This document shows, one piece after another, positions 26,104 through 39,608 of a DNA stretch of 64,000 nt. Position 1 is the first letter of the stretch. The number at the start of each line of letters is the position of its first letter. Position numbers and translations under genes: made by a program. This DNA is from Moniliella sp. 'wahieum'. Taxonomy: Eukaryota. The stretch covers positions 62,001-126,000 of the forward strand of contig RSEE01000032.1 in NCBI GenBank assembly GCA_003971905.1, written 5' to 3'. Under the pieces are notes generated by a model that did not search any database, was not told the origin of the DNA, and was given only the letters and a program-made list of their open reading frames with translations.

Positions 26104-26597
26104 ATGGCCGGCCCACAAAAGAGGAAACGCATGAGCAATGGCGACCGCTGTACGTTTTCATACAAAGTATCCTTTCTGTGGGACCATGCAGCTGACCTCT
26201 TGTTGCCCTCCCAGCCGCCTCGCGCGCTGCCCGAACGCGTCGTCGCCACTTGGATGGGGACCAGATTCAGAGCACATTGCATGACCCGTCCAAGCTGAAC
26301 AAGGCGACCAACCCACAGGAGATTGATATGGACCAAAAGGGTCTCGGCTTGTTCTACTGCGTGCACTGCGACCGCCACTTTCCTTCGGAGGCGCACCGCG
26401 CTGCCCACAACAAGTCCAAGCTGCACAAACGCAAAGCCAAGAAGCTCGAGACGGAAGAAGCCTACACTCTCGAGGAGGCCAATCGAGCTGCTGGGATGGG
26501 CACTGATAACTCGCAAAGAAGCAGTACTGGGTTCACCTTGGCGGGAGCTGTGGCCAAGGCAAAGGGAACGGCGGTTGATGTGGATAGCGAGCATTAA
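26104..26597 (+). CDS. BUD20: Pre-60S zinc-finger protein Bud20/ZNF593
   Basis: After splicing intron 26150-26214: RTRRRHLDGDQI..GLGLFYCVHCDRHFPSEAHRAAHNKSKLHKRKAKKLE..YTLEEANRAAG. Confidence 0.92.
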
Positions 26598-27277
26598 AAT
26601 TGATGCGGACGCCGAGCCCGAGGCACTTGAGGATGCGCTGCTTCCGACCCTGTTTGTACAATACGCATGTTTTCTGAGATCGTTGGTCCCCATTGGGTCT
26701 GTGGTGGGTAGATGAAACGGTGGACGATGAAGGGGAACAGCCGTTAGATGACTTGGCGTAGGGGTGTGGGGGTGGGGCAGGAGTGCAGGCCGGCGTGACA
26801 TGCCGCGACACGTGACGCGCGATGGTGATAGCGATGCATAAGGCAGGGATGAAATGTGAAAGAGGAAGCGCGGCAGCCAACCCTAGCCAGCAGAGGCACA
26901 GAAGGCGGCCGTGCACGGGGGGGCTGTGGGGCGGTGCAGCTGGGCCGAGGCGGGGGGGCTGTGTGTGTTGGGGCGAGTGCGGCGGGTGCTGCGCCGGGCA
27001 GAGGAGCAGTGGGAGGCTGGGGCACGGAGAGCTGCCTGACTGCGCGTGGTGCAGCGGGACAGCCGACACTGGCGCCGCGCTCAATGCAGAACCAACATTT
27101 TTTTTCGAGCCCAGTCAAAAAGGCGCGCCGAGTCCAACACCTGCCTTTTCTTCCCTACCACACCGACACGGCAGCCGCGCCGCCCCCACCCGCCCGGCTC
27201 ACCCACTCCCCCCCACCTCACCTCCCGATACCCCCCCATCCCCCCCCCTTGTCTCCCTTCTTCGCATTCTGCTCACC

Positions 27278-30200
27278 ATGGCTGCGGACCCGCAATTCGT
27301 CGCGAGCATCAACCAGTTGCTTGAGAGCACTCTCTTGCCAGACACCAACACTGTCAAGGCGGTACGTGACCAATTCCCTGCTTTCTCCTCACTGGTCGCC
27401 CACTATTCGCCAATGCACCCCCATCTCAGCCGCTGACCTGTTCCACAGGCGACTGAGGGCCTCCAAGCCCAGTACAAAAACCCGGCCCTCGTGCCTGCCC
27501 TCTTCCAGATCCTTGTGACTTCGACCGAGACGGGGGCGCCAGCTGGCTGCGGTGGAGCTGCGCAAGCGTATCTCGAAGAGTGGAAAGGCATGGAAGGGCC
27601 AGAGCGACCAAGTTCGCTTGGCTATCAAGTCCCAGATCCTGGGTATTGTCAAGGACGAGCCTAACAGCGTTGTGCGTAATGCCTCTGCCCGCGTTGTTTG
27701 CGAAATTGCCCGCCGCGAGCTGCCCCAGAACACCTGGCCCGAATTGCTCCCCTTCCTCTTTGCCGCCGGTGAACAAGGCAATGCTACTCAGCGCCAAGCA
27801 GCTCTCTTTGTATTTGTCATTCTGCTCGAGTCATTCAGCGATGACGAGGCGTTCCTGAGCCAGCTGCCCCAAATGATGCAACTGTTCAGCAAGACGCTCA
27901 ACGATCCCGAATCTCTCGAGGTTCGGGTCACTACTGTTCGTGCCCTCGGAAAGGTGGGTGAACTGATGGACAGTGACGACGAGGCCGACATGGCCTCGAT
28001 TCAGTCTGCCATTCCTCAGATGGTTCAAGTGCTTCAACAAGCCCTTGAGGCTGGCAATGCCGAAGGTGTCAACGCCATCACCGATGTGTTTGACACCTTC
28101 CTGCTATCCGATCTCCCCATCATGAACGCTTTCCTCGGTGACCTGCTGACCTTCTATCTCACCGCTGGAGCGCGTGAGGAGTACGAAGAGGAACTGCGCG
28201 AGGCGGTTCTCAACTCTGTCAGCTGGGCCATCTCGTCCAAGCGGCAGAAGATCCAGCAGCTGCATCTTGCCAAGGCCATGATTCCTCAAATTATGGCCAT
28301 CCTCCCTATGGGCGACTTTGACGACGATGAGACCAACCCTCTGTCCTTGCTCTGCGCATCCTCGACACGATGGCCACCGAGCTACCCCCTTCCAACGTCT
28401 GGCCTCCGCTCCTTGAGCAGTTGCAAGTATTTGTCCAAAGCCCTGACTCTGCCTACCGTGCTGCCGCCATGTTTGCCCTTGGTGTGACGTGCGAGGGTCT
28501 CTCGGAGACGCTTCGTCCTCAGATGGATTTGGTGTGGCAGTTTGTCAACGCCGGGCTGAATGACGCGGACGCACGTGTCCGCCGCGGCGCGGCGATGGCG
28601 ATCGCTTACCTCTGCGACCAACTGGGCGACGAGATTGTGAAGCACCACGCGGTCATTATGCCTGCGCTGATGCAAATGATTGCCAACCCCGAGACGCAGC
28701 GGGATGCGACTCGGTCGTTGGATCGTTTCCTCGAGAGCCTGGGCGAGGAGATCAAGCAGTACCTCCAGCCCGTTATGGAGACGCTGGCTGGCTACCTTGA
28801 CACGGTACCTCTGGAAATCAAGAAGACGCTCATTGGCGCGATTGGCTCAGCAGCCCATGCCTCCAAACGCGATTTCCTACCTTATTTCCCCGGCATCATG
28901 GCCAAGTTCACGCCGTTCTTGCAATTCAAGGACACGACCAACACGGAACAGATGGAATTCCGTGCCATTACCCAAGACTCGATTGGTACCTTTGCTGACG
29001 CTGTCGGCGCGGATGCTTTCCGTCCTTACTTTACCGACACGATGGCTATTGCGTACGATGCGTTTGAGCTGAACCAGCCTAGCCTTCGTGAGTGCTCCTT
29101 TATCTTTTTCAGTGCGATGGCCAAGATCTTTGGCGAGGAATTCAGCCAGTTTTTGCCCCAGATTGCTCCCAAGCTTCTGGAGAGCTTGCGCCAACGCGAG
29201 CATGAGCCGGTGCCTGGTGCCTCTGGTGACGGTACCATCTCTGGTCTTGAGGGTGCCACGGCCCAAGCTCTTTTGGCCGGCACCCAAGACGAGGATGACG
29301 ACGATGCGTTTGTCGACCTGGATGACCTGAACGAGATCTTTGGTTCGGTCTCGTCGGCTATTGCAATGGAGATGTGGCCGCTGATTCGATTGGTGAGATT
29401 TTCCAGTACACCAAGTCAGGCTTCCTCCCGTACTTGCAGGATGCGGTTCAGGAGCTTTACCCTGCTGCAGCACTACAGCTCGGACATTCGCAAGACGGCC
29501 CTCGCATCGCTCTTTACTTGCATCACGACCCTCAATGCCATTCAGCAACCGGCGGACTGGGCCCCGGGCATCAACGTGCCCGTGCCCATCTCGTTGACGT
29601 CCAGCAATTGATTGATATGGTCATGTCCAACATTCTGATCATGTGGAGCGATGAAGATGATCGGTGAGTGCCTCTTGCTCCTTTGTCACTCCCTTCTGGG
29701 ATGACAAACCTATCTCAGCTCACACCTAGTGGTGGAATAGGACCACCGCCGTGTGGAGAACCTACGTGGAAAACCTGACTGTTTGCCTTTGTCTATTGAA
29801 CTTTTGTTACTGACACTACTTTCTTTGCAGGGCCGTGGCGACTCAGCTTTGTGAGTCCCTTGCCGAAACGCTGAAGGAAGTCGGTCCTGCTGTCATTGCC
29901 AAGCAAACCAGTGAGGTTGCCGACATTGCCATGAGCATCCTGGAAAAGAAGTCGGGTGCGCAGTCTCCCGATGGGGAGGAGGAGGACCCGGAGGAACAGC
30001 TCTCGAGTACGAGAACCTACTCATCTCAACTGCGATGGACCTTGTGGGTGCGATGGCCGACACCTTGGGCGCCGACTTCCAGCAGCCGCTGCAGACGTTC
30101 CTGCCTCAGATCACAAAGTACTACGCTCCGGGCAAAGTACTTGCGGAGCGGGCAGCGGCCACGGCCGCCCTAGGCAGTCTGGCAGTTGGCATGAAGGAGC

Positions 30201-30775
30201 ATATCACACCGTTTACCACCCCCATGCTCACCACGCTTTCCCACGCTGTGACGGACGAGGACCTGGGGGTTTCGCACCAACGCCACCTACGCCGCGGGTG
30301 TGCTGATTGAGAACAGCCAGGATGACTTGACGCAGCACTACACTCCCCTCCTGACGCGCTGCAGCCGGCGTTGAGCCTGCCTGCCGATAAGTCCCAGCCG
30401 ACGGATGTGCAAGCGCTGAAGGACAACGCAATTGGGTGCCTGGCCCGCATGGTAAAGAAGAACCCGGAGACGCTCCCGCTGGCCACCACCTTCCCCCTGA
30501 TTTTTGCTGGCCTGCCTCTCTTGTTTGACAAGGCCGAGTGGGCTCCCGTCATTCAGCTGACCATTACGCTGGTCCAATCCAGCAGTGCTATTGCTCAGCA
30601 GCACATGGACGACATTCTGCGTGTCTATGCTCACGTCCTGGCCACCCCGGCCGGCACGGAGGACGACGTTCTTGGGAATGAACTTCGCGAGCAGTTGGTT
30701 GTCTTCCTTCGTCACGTCAATGCGGTCGTCCCGGACAAAGTCCAGGCAGCGGGTCTTGTTGGCTACCTGGCTTAA
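27278..30775 (+). CDS. KAP123: Importin beta-4 / karyopherin Kap123
   Basis: LLPDTNTVKA, RQLAAVELRKRI, WPELLPFL, HEAT repeats, IGAIGSAAHASK, LRECSFIFF, DNAIGCLARM. Introns 27362-27448 and 29664-29830. Confidence 0.88.
29695..29782 (+). ncRNA. Candidate intronic box C/D snoRNA
   Basis: In KAP123 intron 2: C-like GGGATGA 29698-29704, nested hairpin (cacac/gtgtg, ggtgg/ccacc), D box CTGA 29775-29778. Confidence 0.5.
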
Positions 30776-31075
30776 TGCGCTTCCCTCCTCCGTTGGCTCC
30801 AACACCCTCCCGCCCGGCGTGATATCCCTGTCCGGATCGGGCCGAGCGGAGTGGGAGGCCAAGGCTGGCTTACCTTCCCGATCCTAGTTTCTTCCTCGAT
30901 TCTGCATCTCATTGTTACCCCCTCTCTCCCACACCCCTCTTCGGTTTTCTTGGGCCTTGACCCCCTTCAGAGCTTTACTGTGTGCCCAGCCATGCTCTCG
31001 ATTTGATATGAGTTTCATCCTGACACCATTGAACCATAGTATTCACCGTGGAACACAGGAGCAAAGGCAGCTGAT

Positions 31076-32187
31076 CTACCTCAATGCCCACATTTTGACC
31101 GGAAAGAGCTCAGTCGGGAACCCTTGCTGCACTTCAACCTCGATCAGCTCAAGGCCCGCCTCCTGGAAAACCCGCTCAAACACCTGGGTGGAGCGCGTGA
31201 TAGAGTAATCCTCAGGATCCCAGATGGTGCGCTCCGAGCCATCCTCAGCTTCAGAGCATACGTTCTCCTTGACAAAGATGCGCCCTCCGACCAAGTCGTT
31301 CCTTGCGGCCGACTCCATAGCGGAGGGGGGCACCCCCGTGCTCGCCTCTGCGTCGGGAACCAACCCCTGTTTGTCCGGCTTGAGAGCTGCCTTGCATCGT
31401 CGTAAGAAGGCCACCATCTCAGCGTCGGAAAGATGTTGCAAACACCATTGGATCCAAACCACGTCGTACGCTACCGTGTTGGACAATAGGCCCGCTGGAT
31501 GTGCTTGGCCCACTTCCTCTGGCTCTGGTCCCGCCGTGGTAGCAGCGGCTGTGACGGGCTTGCTTCCTTCTGTTTCCGCGGAAAGAATGGGAAGGATGGT
31601 GGGAGGCACAACATGTGTATCTTCGACGGGCGACGTGCGCTTGCCCCTGACGTTGGAAAGAGGAGGGGCATAGGGGTGAGCAGGATCAAAGGACTGCAAG
31701 GTGGCCTCATGAAAATGAACTGCTTTCCGTGCATGGAATGGACTGGTTGCTGGAGACTGCTGAAGAGGCTGCCAGGAGTTGGACTGGGTGCTGGCTTGGC
31801 GCAAAAACTTGCCCACCGGCTCCACCAGATGCACCTCATCCAGCAACGGTAGCAACACCGTCTCCGTCACCCGACCCACCCCGGCACCACAGTCTAATCC
31901 ACAGGTGACACCCTTCCCGAACGTAGCGTCCTTTCCTCCACGTGCTTCGAAACGCTGGGAGAGCCAGTCGGAACTGTTAGCACTGGCGGGAGGGATGTTG
32001 CTGAGCCGCTTGAGGTGCTTGAGCAAAAGAGGCGCGAGCCCAACGCATCCACGCGAGGTAACGGTCCGTCGCCAAACCCACCCAGGACACCGTTGACGGT
32101 GGCAGGTACCCCTTCCCAGTACTCCACCCCCTTGGCCACATCCGGCTTGGGGTGGACGACCCGAATCACTGGTTTCTGCTCCGCCAT
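31076..32187 (-). CDS. TAE1: Alpha N-terminal protein methyltransferase 1 (NTM1/NTMT1)
   Basis: YWEGVPATVNGVLGGFG, LDCGAGVGRVT, YDVVWIQWCLQHLSD, IFVKEN, WDPEDYSITRS, GFPTELFPVKMWALR. Confidence 0.94.
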
Positions 32188-32810
32188 GGCGCAGATGAGG
32201 AACGATGGTAGTGGTGCAACCCAGCATGCTGAACGCGCTAAACCGACGGGCTCGCGGCAAATTTTTTCTAACAATCAAAATGGCAACCCTAGTATTAGGG
32301 TGGTGCAACCCTACTGCGTATTTCTCCTCCCTATACGAATACACACGCCCTTCGGTGGATTGGTCTCCCATAGTGTCGCAATATAAGGTCAGACGGTTAG
32401 GATAGGTGAGATCCCACTTGTGTACGGGAACTATGTGGTTATCTGTGGATGGTGAGATGCTTTAACCTTAGTGGGATGCTGCTGACAGAGGACAGCTAAT
32501 AACAGAAAGATGTCATCTCGGAGAGAGCAATGAAGAAGAGTTGTGCAGCCTGATGGTTAGATCTCTGCGTACAAATGATTATCATCTGCACACGAGGGAC
32601 AAAGGCCAAACATTGGACCTAGGATGGGCGGGGAGTCAGGGTATTCTGCCGTCCATCAGCGTCCAGTCCACTGAAGGCTTTTTTGATCCCCCCCTCCGTC
32701 GAAGTTCCATCCGAGACTCTCGATGTGTATAGTGAGAGAGATCAAATCCCCTTTGTTCCGCTCTGTGCATGACATCCTCGGCCAAAGAAGCAGGCGGTTT
32801 GGGAAACGCA

Positions 32811-32864
32811 CATCAATTTGCTCGCATCATTTTGCTCGCATCATTTTGCTCGCATCATTTTGCT
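32811..32864 (+). repeat. ~4 x 14-bp tandem repeat CATCATTTTGCTCG
   Basis: Units start at 32811, 32825, 32839 and 32853 (last one partial). Confidence 0.9.
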
Positions 32865-33547
32865 TGATGGTTGAGTAACGTCCTTTTTGCAGAAGGTGGA
32901 TTGCTCAAGGGTAGAAGGCATCTGTTATAGGTGCAGTTTGTCCCGCCCCAGCAGCCCCTTCAACCTCCACTTATACGCAAACGACGGTCAACCTTCCAGG
33001 CACAATAGCATTAGTAGCCATCGAAGCAATGTGGCACAATAAGTATAACCACTCCACCATGTGCTTCCCCCAGGATGAATTCAGGAATTTGGGGGCATGC
33101 CTATGATCATATGCCCGTCCAGCACATTGCATACATCTTTTTCCGATCAGTTGGATTCCATGCAGCCCTTTGGCCACTGCGTATCCGCCGGCAAGGGGAC
33201 CAACAATGGTGGTGAGGGCCAAGGCAGCGGGCGTTGGATACCAGCGGGTGAGAGTTCTGGCCACTCTGGGCCCACCTCCAAAAATCCAAAAGATATATTA
33301 AGTGTGTCCGCTGTGGCGTGCGATTATATTGGGGTACCAAGTACCAACCTTCCTGCGTCTGCAATTTCAATTGGCAGCGCTCTGGGATCTGGACCTGGGC
33401 CAGCGGAACGACGGGCGGAATGGTTGGGCCGCGTACGCAGCGGCTGCCGCCGGCCTGACAGCAACCAGCGCTCGCCCAGCCCAAAGCCCAGACGCGCCGG
33501 GACGCTTGGGCACCAGCCGCGCCCACCACCACCACCACATCGTCACC

Positions 33548-34926
33548 ATGGTGCGTAGTACTGACGTTTCCCTACTTGGCTGTGCAGTCTCTCACCTCTC
33601 TCCCTTCTCCTCTGCAGGGTCAAGCTCCCAGTGGTAACGCAGGTCGGGCAACAAGGACGACAAGAAGAAGGACCAGCCGAAAAAGTGGGAACCGCCATTG
33701 CCTACGCGGGTGGGCAAGAAGAAGCGTCGTGGGCCCGATACTGCGTACAAGCTGCCGACGGTTACGCCTACTACGCGATGCCGGCTCAAGCTTCTCAAAA
33801 TGGAACGCATCAAGGACCATCTGTTGCTGGAGGAAGAATTTGTTGCCAATTCTGAACGGCTCAAGCCTGTCGACGACAAGGAGCAGCAGGAGCGCTCGCA
33901 AGTGGACGATTTGCGTGGGAGCCCGATGCAAGTTGGCACGTTGGAGGAGATCATCGATGACGACCATGCGATCATTAGCAGCGTCGGGCCCAGAGTACTA
34001 TGTCAACATCACCACTTTGGTTGACAAGGACCTGTTAGAACCTGGGTGCAGTGTGCTGCTGCACCACAAGACGTACGCAATTGTCGGTGTTCTAGGGGAC
34101 GATACGGACCCGATGGTGAGCGTGATGAAGCTGGACAAGGCGCCGACGGAGAGTTATGCCGACATTGGTGGTCTGGAACAGCAGATCCAGGAGATCAAAG
34201 AGTCGGTTGAGTTGCCCCTCACTCACCCGGAGCTGTACGAGGAGATGGGGATCAAGCCACCGAAGGGGGTCATCCTCTATGGCGTTCCGGGTACGGGGAA
34301 AACGCTTCTGGCCAAAGCGGTGGCGAACCAAACGTCGGCCACCTTTTTGCGTATCGTGGGCTCGGAGCTGATTCAAAAGTACCTCGGTGATGGCCCCAAG
34401 CTGGTCCGTGAGCTGTTCCGCGTAGCAGAAGAGCATGCACCTTCGATTGTGTTTATCGATGAGATTGATGCGGTGGGAACGAAACGGTACGACTCCAACT
34501 CGGGAGGCGAGCGGGAGATCCAGCGAACGTTGCTCGAACTGCTCAATCAGCTGGACGGCTTTGACACGCGCAGTGATGTCAAGGTCATCATGGCAACCAA
34601 CAAGATCGAGTCGTTGGATCCAGCGCTGATTCGGCCCGGGCGGATTGACCGAAAGATTGAGTTCCCGCTGCCGGATCAGAAGACAAAGATGCACATCTTC
34701 AAGCTGCACACGCCGGATGAATTTGGACGACGATGTGGATTTGGAAGAGTTTGTGGCGATGAAGGATGATTTGTCAGGTGCCGACATCAAATCCTTGGTC
34801 ACCGAGGCAGGTCTCCTGGCGCTCCGGGAACGGCGAATGCGGGTGACCAAGAAGGACTTCACCGCCGCCCGGGAGCGGGTGATCGACCGAAAAAAGGAGG
34901 GTACTCCGGAAGGGTTATACCTCTAA
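33548..34926 (+). CDS. RPT2: 26S proteasome AAA-ATPase subunit Rpt2
   Basis: ATG then intron 33551-33617 gives MGQAPSG. Also [32 protein letters not shown] and the HbYX tail PEGLYL. Confidence 0.97.
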
Positions 34927-35429
34927 ACCTCTTCCCCACACCCAACCCAACTCAAATTGCATCGGCTGTATGTTTAACGTTTACGGATGGTTTGGTTTCG
35001 GGGCCCAGGATTGGTAGAAGGCTGGCGCCGGCATCGTCAGCATGTCTATAGCAGCTGCTGGGGACTGAACATAGTTTGAGGCCACCGTTCCGGCTGCATA
35101 TGTCGTAGGGCCTGAGTCTTCGCCGAGTTGTCCTTCCCTCGCCCTCGTCGGCTGCATCTGCTTACGGCTAGTCACTAGCTAGTCACTGGAGGAACTATAA
35201 CCACTGTCAAGACCAACACTTCGAGGGAAGTCATAACCTGTCCGACCGGCCGAAGCAGGCCATCATTAGCCGCCGCCATGCGCTCACGCTATTGAATGTG
35301 CCCTGGAAGTTACATCAGTCTACACTTCAGCTTGGAGCCTCTCGCAGCTCGTTCATTAACATTGATCATGGATCATGGATCATGGATCATCGACATAATC
35401 GTTGTTCCCCTAGTGACTATTGCATGCTA

Positions 35430-35478
35430 CAGGAACTACGCAGGAACTACGCAGGAACTACGCAGGAACTACGCAGGA
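35430..35478 (+). repeat. 4.5 x 11-bp tandem repeat CAGGAACTACG
   Basis: Read directly, between the convergent RPT2 and GND1 3' ends. Confidence 0.9.
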
Positions 35479-35572
35479 CAGCCCAAGATGAGAGGAATAG
35501 GGGCTGCCGAGAGCGTACAATGTTCCACGCACCTTAGGCAAGAAGGAAGTGACCCTCTAGGTACGCGACCTC

Positions 35573-37208
35573 TTAAGCAATGTAGGTCGAAGCCGAGACG
35601 TTGCCACCACGGCCAGTCCAGTTGATGTGGATGTCCTGGTTGAGGGGCAGGTTCTCGTTCTCCTCACCGGGCAGGACGCGGAAGGTGTGAGCACCAAAGT
35701 AGTCGCGCTGGGCCTGGATCAGGTTAGCCGGCAGGCGCTCGGTGCGGTATCCGTCATAGTACGCCAGAGCGGTCGAGTGGGCCGGGGTGGGGATACCGGT
35801 GAGGGCACTGGTGGCCACCACGTTACGCCATCCGGCCTCGGCCTTGGCAATGGCATCCACAAAGAACTCGTCAAAGAGCAGGTTCTCCAATGTTGGGTTC
35901 TTGCGGTAAGCCTTGGTAATGTCCTTGAGGAACACCGAGCGGATGATGCAGCCGCCGCGCCACATGAGGGCAATGGAAGGGTTGTTGAACGTCCAGTTGT
36001 ACTCCTTGGCCGCCTCGCGGAACATCATGAAGCCCTGAGCGTACGAGATGATCTTGGAAACGTACAGAGCCTGCTCCAAGTCCTTGAGAAGCTGCTTCTT
36101 GTCACCCGAGTAAGGACGGGTGGCCGTAGGCTTCAGAATCTTGCTGGCGCGCACACGCTCGTCCTTAAGCGACGAGAGGCAGCGAGAGAAAACAGCCTCG
36201 CCAATGAGCGTGACGGGAAGGCCCATGTCGAGAGCGTTGACAGCAGTCCACTTGCCCGTGCCCTTCTGGCCGGCCTTGTCCATGATCTTCTCGAGAAGAG
36301 GCTTGCCATCCGTGTCCTTGTACTTGGACACGTCACGCGAGATCTCAATCAGGAACGACTCGAGGGGGCCCTTGTTCCACTCGTCAAACGTAGCGCTGAT
36401 CTCATCGTCCGACATGCCCAGCGTGCGCTTCATGATGTCGTACGACTCAGAAATCAGTTGCATGTCACCATACTCGATACCATTGTGGACCATCTTGACG
36501 TAGTGGCCCGAGCCTGAGGGGCCAATCCAGTCGCAGCACGGCTCGCCGTCCGACTTGGCCGCAATGGACTGGAAAATGTCCTTGATCTCGGGCCAAGCGG
36601 CAGCCGAGCCACCAGGCATGAGCGAGGGGCCGTGGCGGGCACCCTCCTCACCGCCGGACACACCCGTGCCAACGTAGAGGAAGCCCTTGTCCTCAATCTC
36701 CTTGGCGCGACGAATCGAGTCGGGGAAGGGAAGTAGGTGTTGCCGCCGTCAATGATGATGTCACCCTTCTCGAGGTGAGGCTCGAGCATCTGGATGAACG
36801 AGTCAACGGCAGGGCCAGCCTTGACAAGGAGAATAACCTTGCGCGGCGGGCTTGAGCAGCTTGACAAACTCCTCAATGGAGCGGGCACCGACAATGTTGG
36901 TGCCCTTGGCCTCGTTGGCCATGAAGTGGTCAACCTTGGAGACGGTACGGTTAAAGGCGGCGACCTTGAAGCCGTGGTCTGGAAGAAGTCAGGAACCGAC
37001 CTCGGACAATTAGGGGCAGGGAGCGGCGTACCGTTCATGTTGAATCAGGTTCTGGCCCATGACGGCCAGGCCAATCAGGCCAATGTCGCAGCTGAGCGAG
37101 GACAGGAGACGAGGGCAGAAGCGAAGGCAGAGGCGAGGGCAGAGACGAGGTCAGGATGGGGGAGGCGGCCTGGAGCAACAGGGCAACGTACACAGCCTCG
37201 GTAGACAT
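35573..37208 (-). CDS. GND1: 6-phosphogluconate dehydrogenase, decarboxylating
   Basis: MSTEAV / DIGLIGLAVMGQN / DHGFKVAAFNRTVSKVD across two 5' introns; GHYVKMVHNGIEYGDMQLI, GQKGTGKW, QAQRDYFGAHTF, NWTGRGGNVSASTY. Confidence 0.97.
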
Positions 37209-39608
37209 GATGGGGAAGCAGGGGCAGCGGGAGCGAACAGGACGAACGCAGTGGTGGTGGAGGGAAGGACAGAGACCCTGCGTGAGCGGGCGGAGAAGGA
37301 TCAATTTAAACCGAAGCCCGGGCGGCCCCTGCAACGCCGAGGGGGCGCGGGGGCAGTGTACGTACCCGACGCCCAGGGCTGCACGGACCACAAGTCCGAT
37401 CGGCTGCCCTCCGCCGCGCTGGCGCCATGCCTGCTGCCGGCACACGGGCGCTGTGCCCCATCGTGCGCCGCCCGTCGTGTTGGATCTCTCTCCTCTCTTG
37501 CCCTCACCGGTCACCCCTCTCTTGTCCTCGCCTCGCCTCTCCTGCCGTCCCCTCCCATCCAATCCCATCGGCCATCCCGTCCCATCCCACTCATCTCCTC
37601 GCGTTGATGCACTCACCCATTCCATCCCGGCGCACACTGCCCAGCACCTCCCCCCAACCCCCCACGGTGTTCCTGTCCCTCCCCGTCCCGAGCCAGTGCC
37701 TGCTGGGACATGTGACATGGGAGGGCGCAGGCAACAGGCCCGTGCATGGCACCCGCCCGCACTGGCGCCACGTCGCTAACCCTACCTGAGGCCTGAGGGG
37801 GTCCCCAGTCCCGCTTACATGTTACAGGGCCGAGAGGGGATATGCGCTGGGCTGGCCGGGTCTGGGTGGGCGCCAGTGCCGAGTTGCGTACGGAGCCAGT
37901 CACGCAGGGGACGAGGGCGCGTGGACGAGATGGGAGATGGGAGATCTGAGATGTGAGATGTAAGATCCGGCGAGGACGCGAGGCGCACAAAGTGGCCTCC
38001 TGCGGCTGCCCGGGGATAGTGGAGAGAACCTTGGCCTGCCTTGGCCGGAATCGGATGGCGAGGGTGATAGCCCTGGAACACTCGCCACCTGCCCCCGCGC
38101 GCCCGCTGAGGCTCAGCTTGCAGCGGCCGGGAATAGCACCAGCTCTCGGCCGGAATATGGATGATCCATCTGATCGAAGGTCGATGATCCATTCCAAAAA
38201 AGGAGCCACGGCCACCGACGCCCCCTGACCGGCCCTGATCGCTTGCTTGATCCTGCTGACGCGCCGGCGACGCTGACGCTGACGGCGGTGATCCCGGTGA
38301 CCTCCGCCAACCGCCCCTAGTCCGGGCTCTGCCTGCGAGGGAACTGCATAAACAGAAGGCCGGGGACAGACTTGCTGACTTCGAGGGACTAATGACTACG
38401 TGGCCATAGTGAGCCCTTGAGCAGTATAGTGCTCTATGATCATCGACCATGTGCACGCGACCATTCCGCAACTATTTGACCTGTTGGTCATTTGATACGG
38501 AAAAGATCAAATGGATCGATGAAGCGTTTGAAGATGGTTGATCAAGTGGGTTGAAGCAGTTGCGCTGTAAATGAACCCGACCCCAGACATCCCGGCGCGC
38601 ACCACAGTGCACCGCCAGCACTGCCCCAACGCCCCGACATCGTAGAGCTGTGTTCCTTGCCACCATGTTGCAGGCGATTTACGTTAGTGCTTAGCCACAG
38701 GCTTAGCTCATGCTTCCTGCACCGTACACACCACAGTCATGAAAATAAGCGTGTTAAGCCCTCGCTGACGAAGAGCTGTGGGCTACGTGGTACACAGGCG
38801 CCTCCACGGGCGCCTCCACGCTTCACGCTCCACGCGCCACGCCGCTTGCACGTTGAATTGGTTACTAAGTAGTGATGGTCGAGGTTTGAGGTTTGCGCAT
38901 ATTTGAACGCGGTTTTGGATTGGGGCGCATCGACCGCCTAGGGTCGCTGCCAGTCACTAACATGGTCCTGGTCACCGGTCACCGGTCACCGGCCACTTCG
39001 TCACGAAGTGACTTGCATACTGGGCTACTGCGTGCTACTGCGGCCCAAGCGCTCGACTTGAAGCGGCTGCGGATGTCTCAGTATGTCCGCAGGTGGTTAT
39101 GCACGCTGCAAGTGGCATTGTCAAGAGCCTCTGGAGATCTAAGCGCGTTTACTTCCCAGGGTGGCTCAGCTGCTCACCCGCTCACCCGCTCACCTCCGCG
39201 CCACATTTGTCTCTCCCACGCGGTCTGAACGTATGTATGTACTGTGACCCATTCCGACTCCAAGCTTCATGGTCTCCTCTTGCGCCCATCGTATATTCAG
39301 TCGTACTCAACGTACTCACCAGGGTAACTAGTTGGTGGAGCATGGGGGCATCGATCGCATCGCTCGGTAAAATTACGCCTGCATGTCATGCGATCGCGCA
39401 CGGCGCGCTCGCTCAGGCGCTCAGCTATGGTTCCAGCTTCCGGCCTATCGATCATCCAGCTCACACATACTCTCTATCAGGCCACTGGCGCCTCAAATCC
39501 ATAACATTGGCAAAGGTTAGGCCGGCATAGGTGAAGGTGAAGCAAGGTTCGCGCCCATTGGCTTCCCAATAATCAATCGCTAATAAGAATAAGCATCACG
39601 ACTGCTGC

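Noticed and set aside
37775..37786. Telomerase-template-like CTAACCCTA
   Set aside because: Short match in the GND1 upstream region with no supporting structure; expected by chance.
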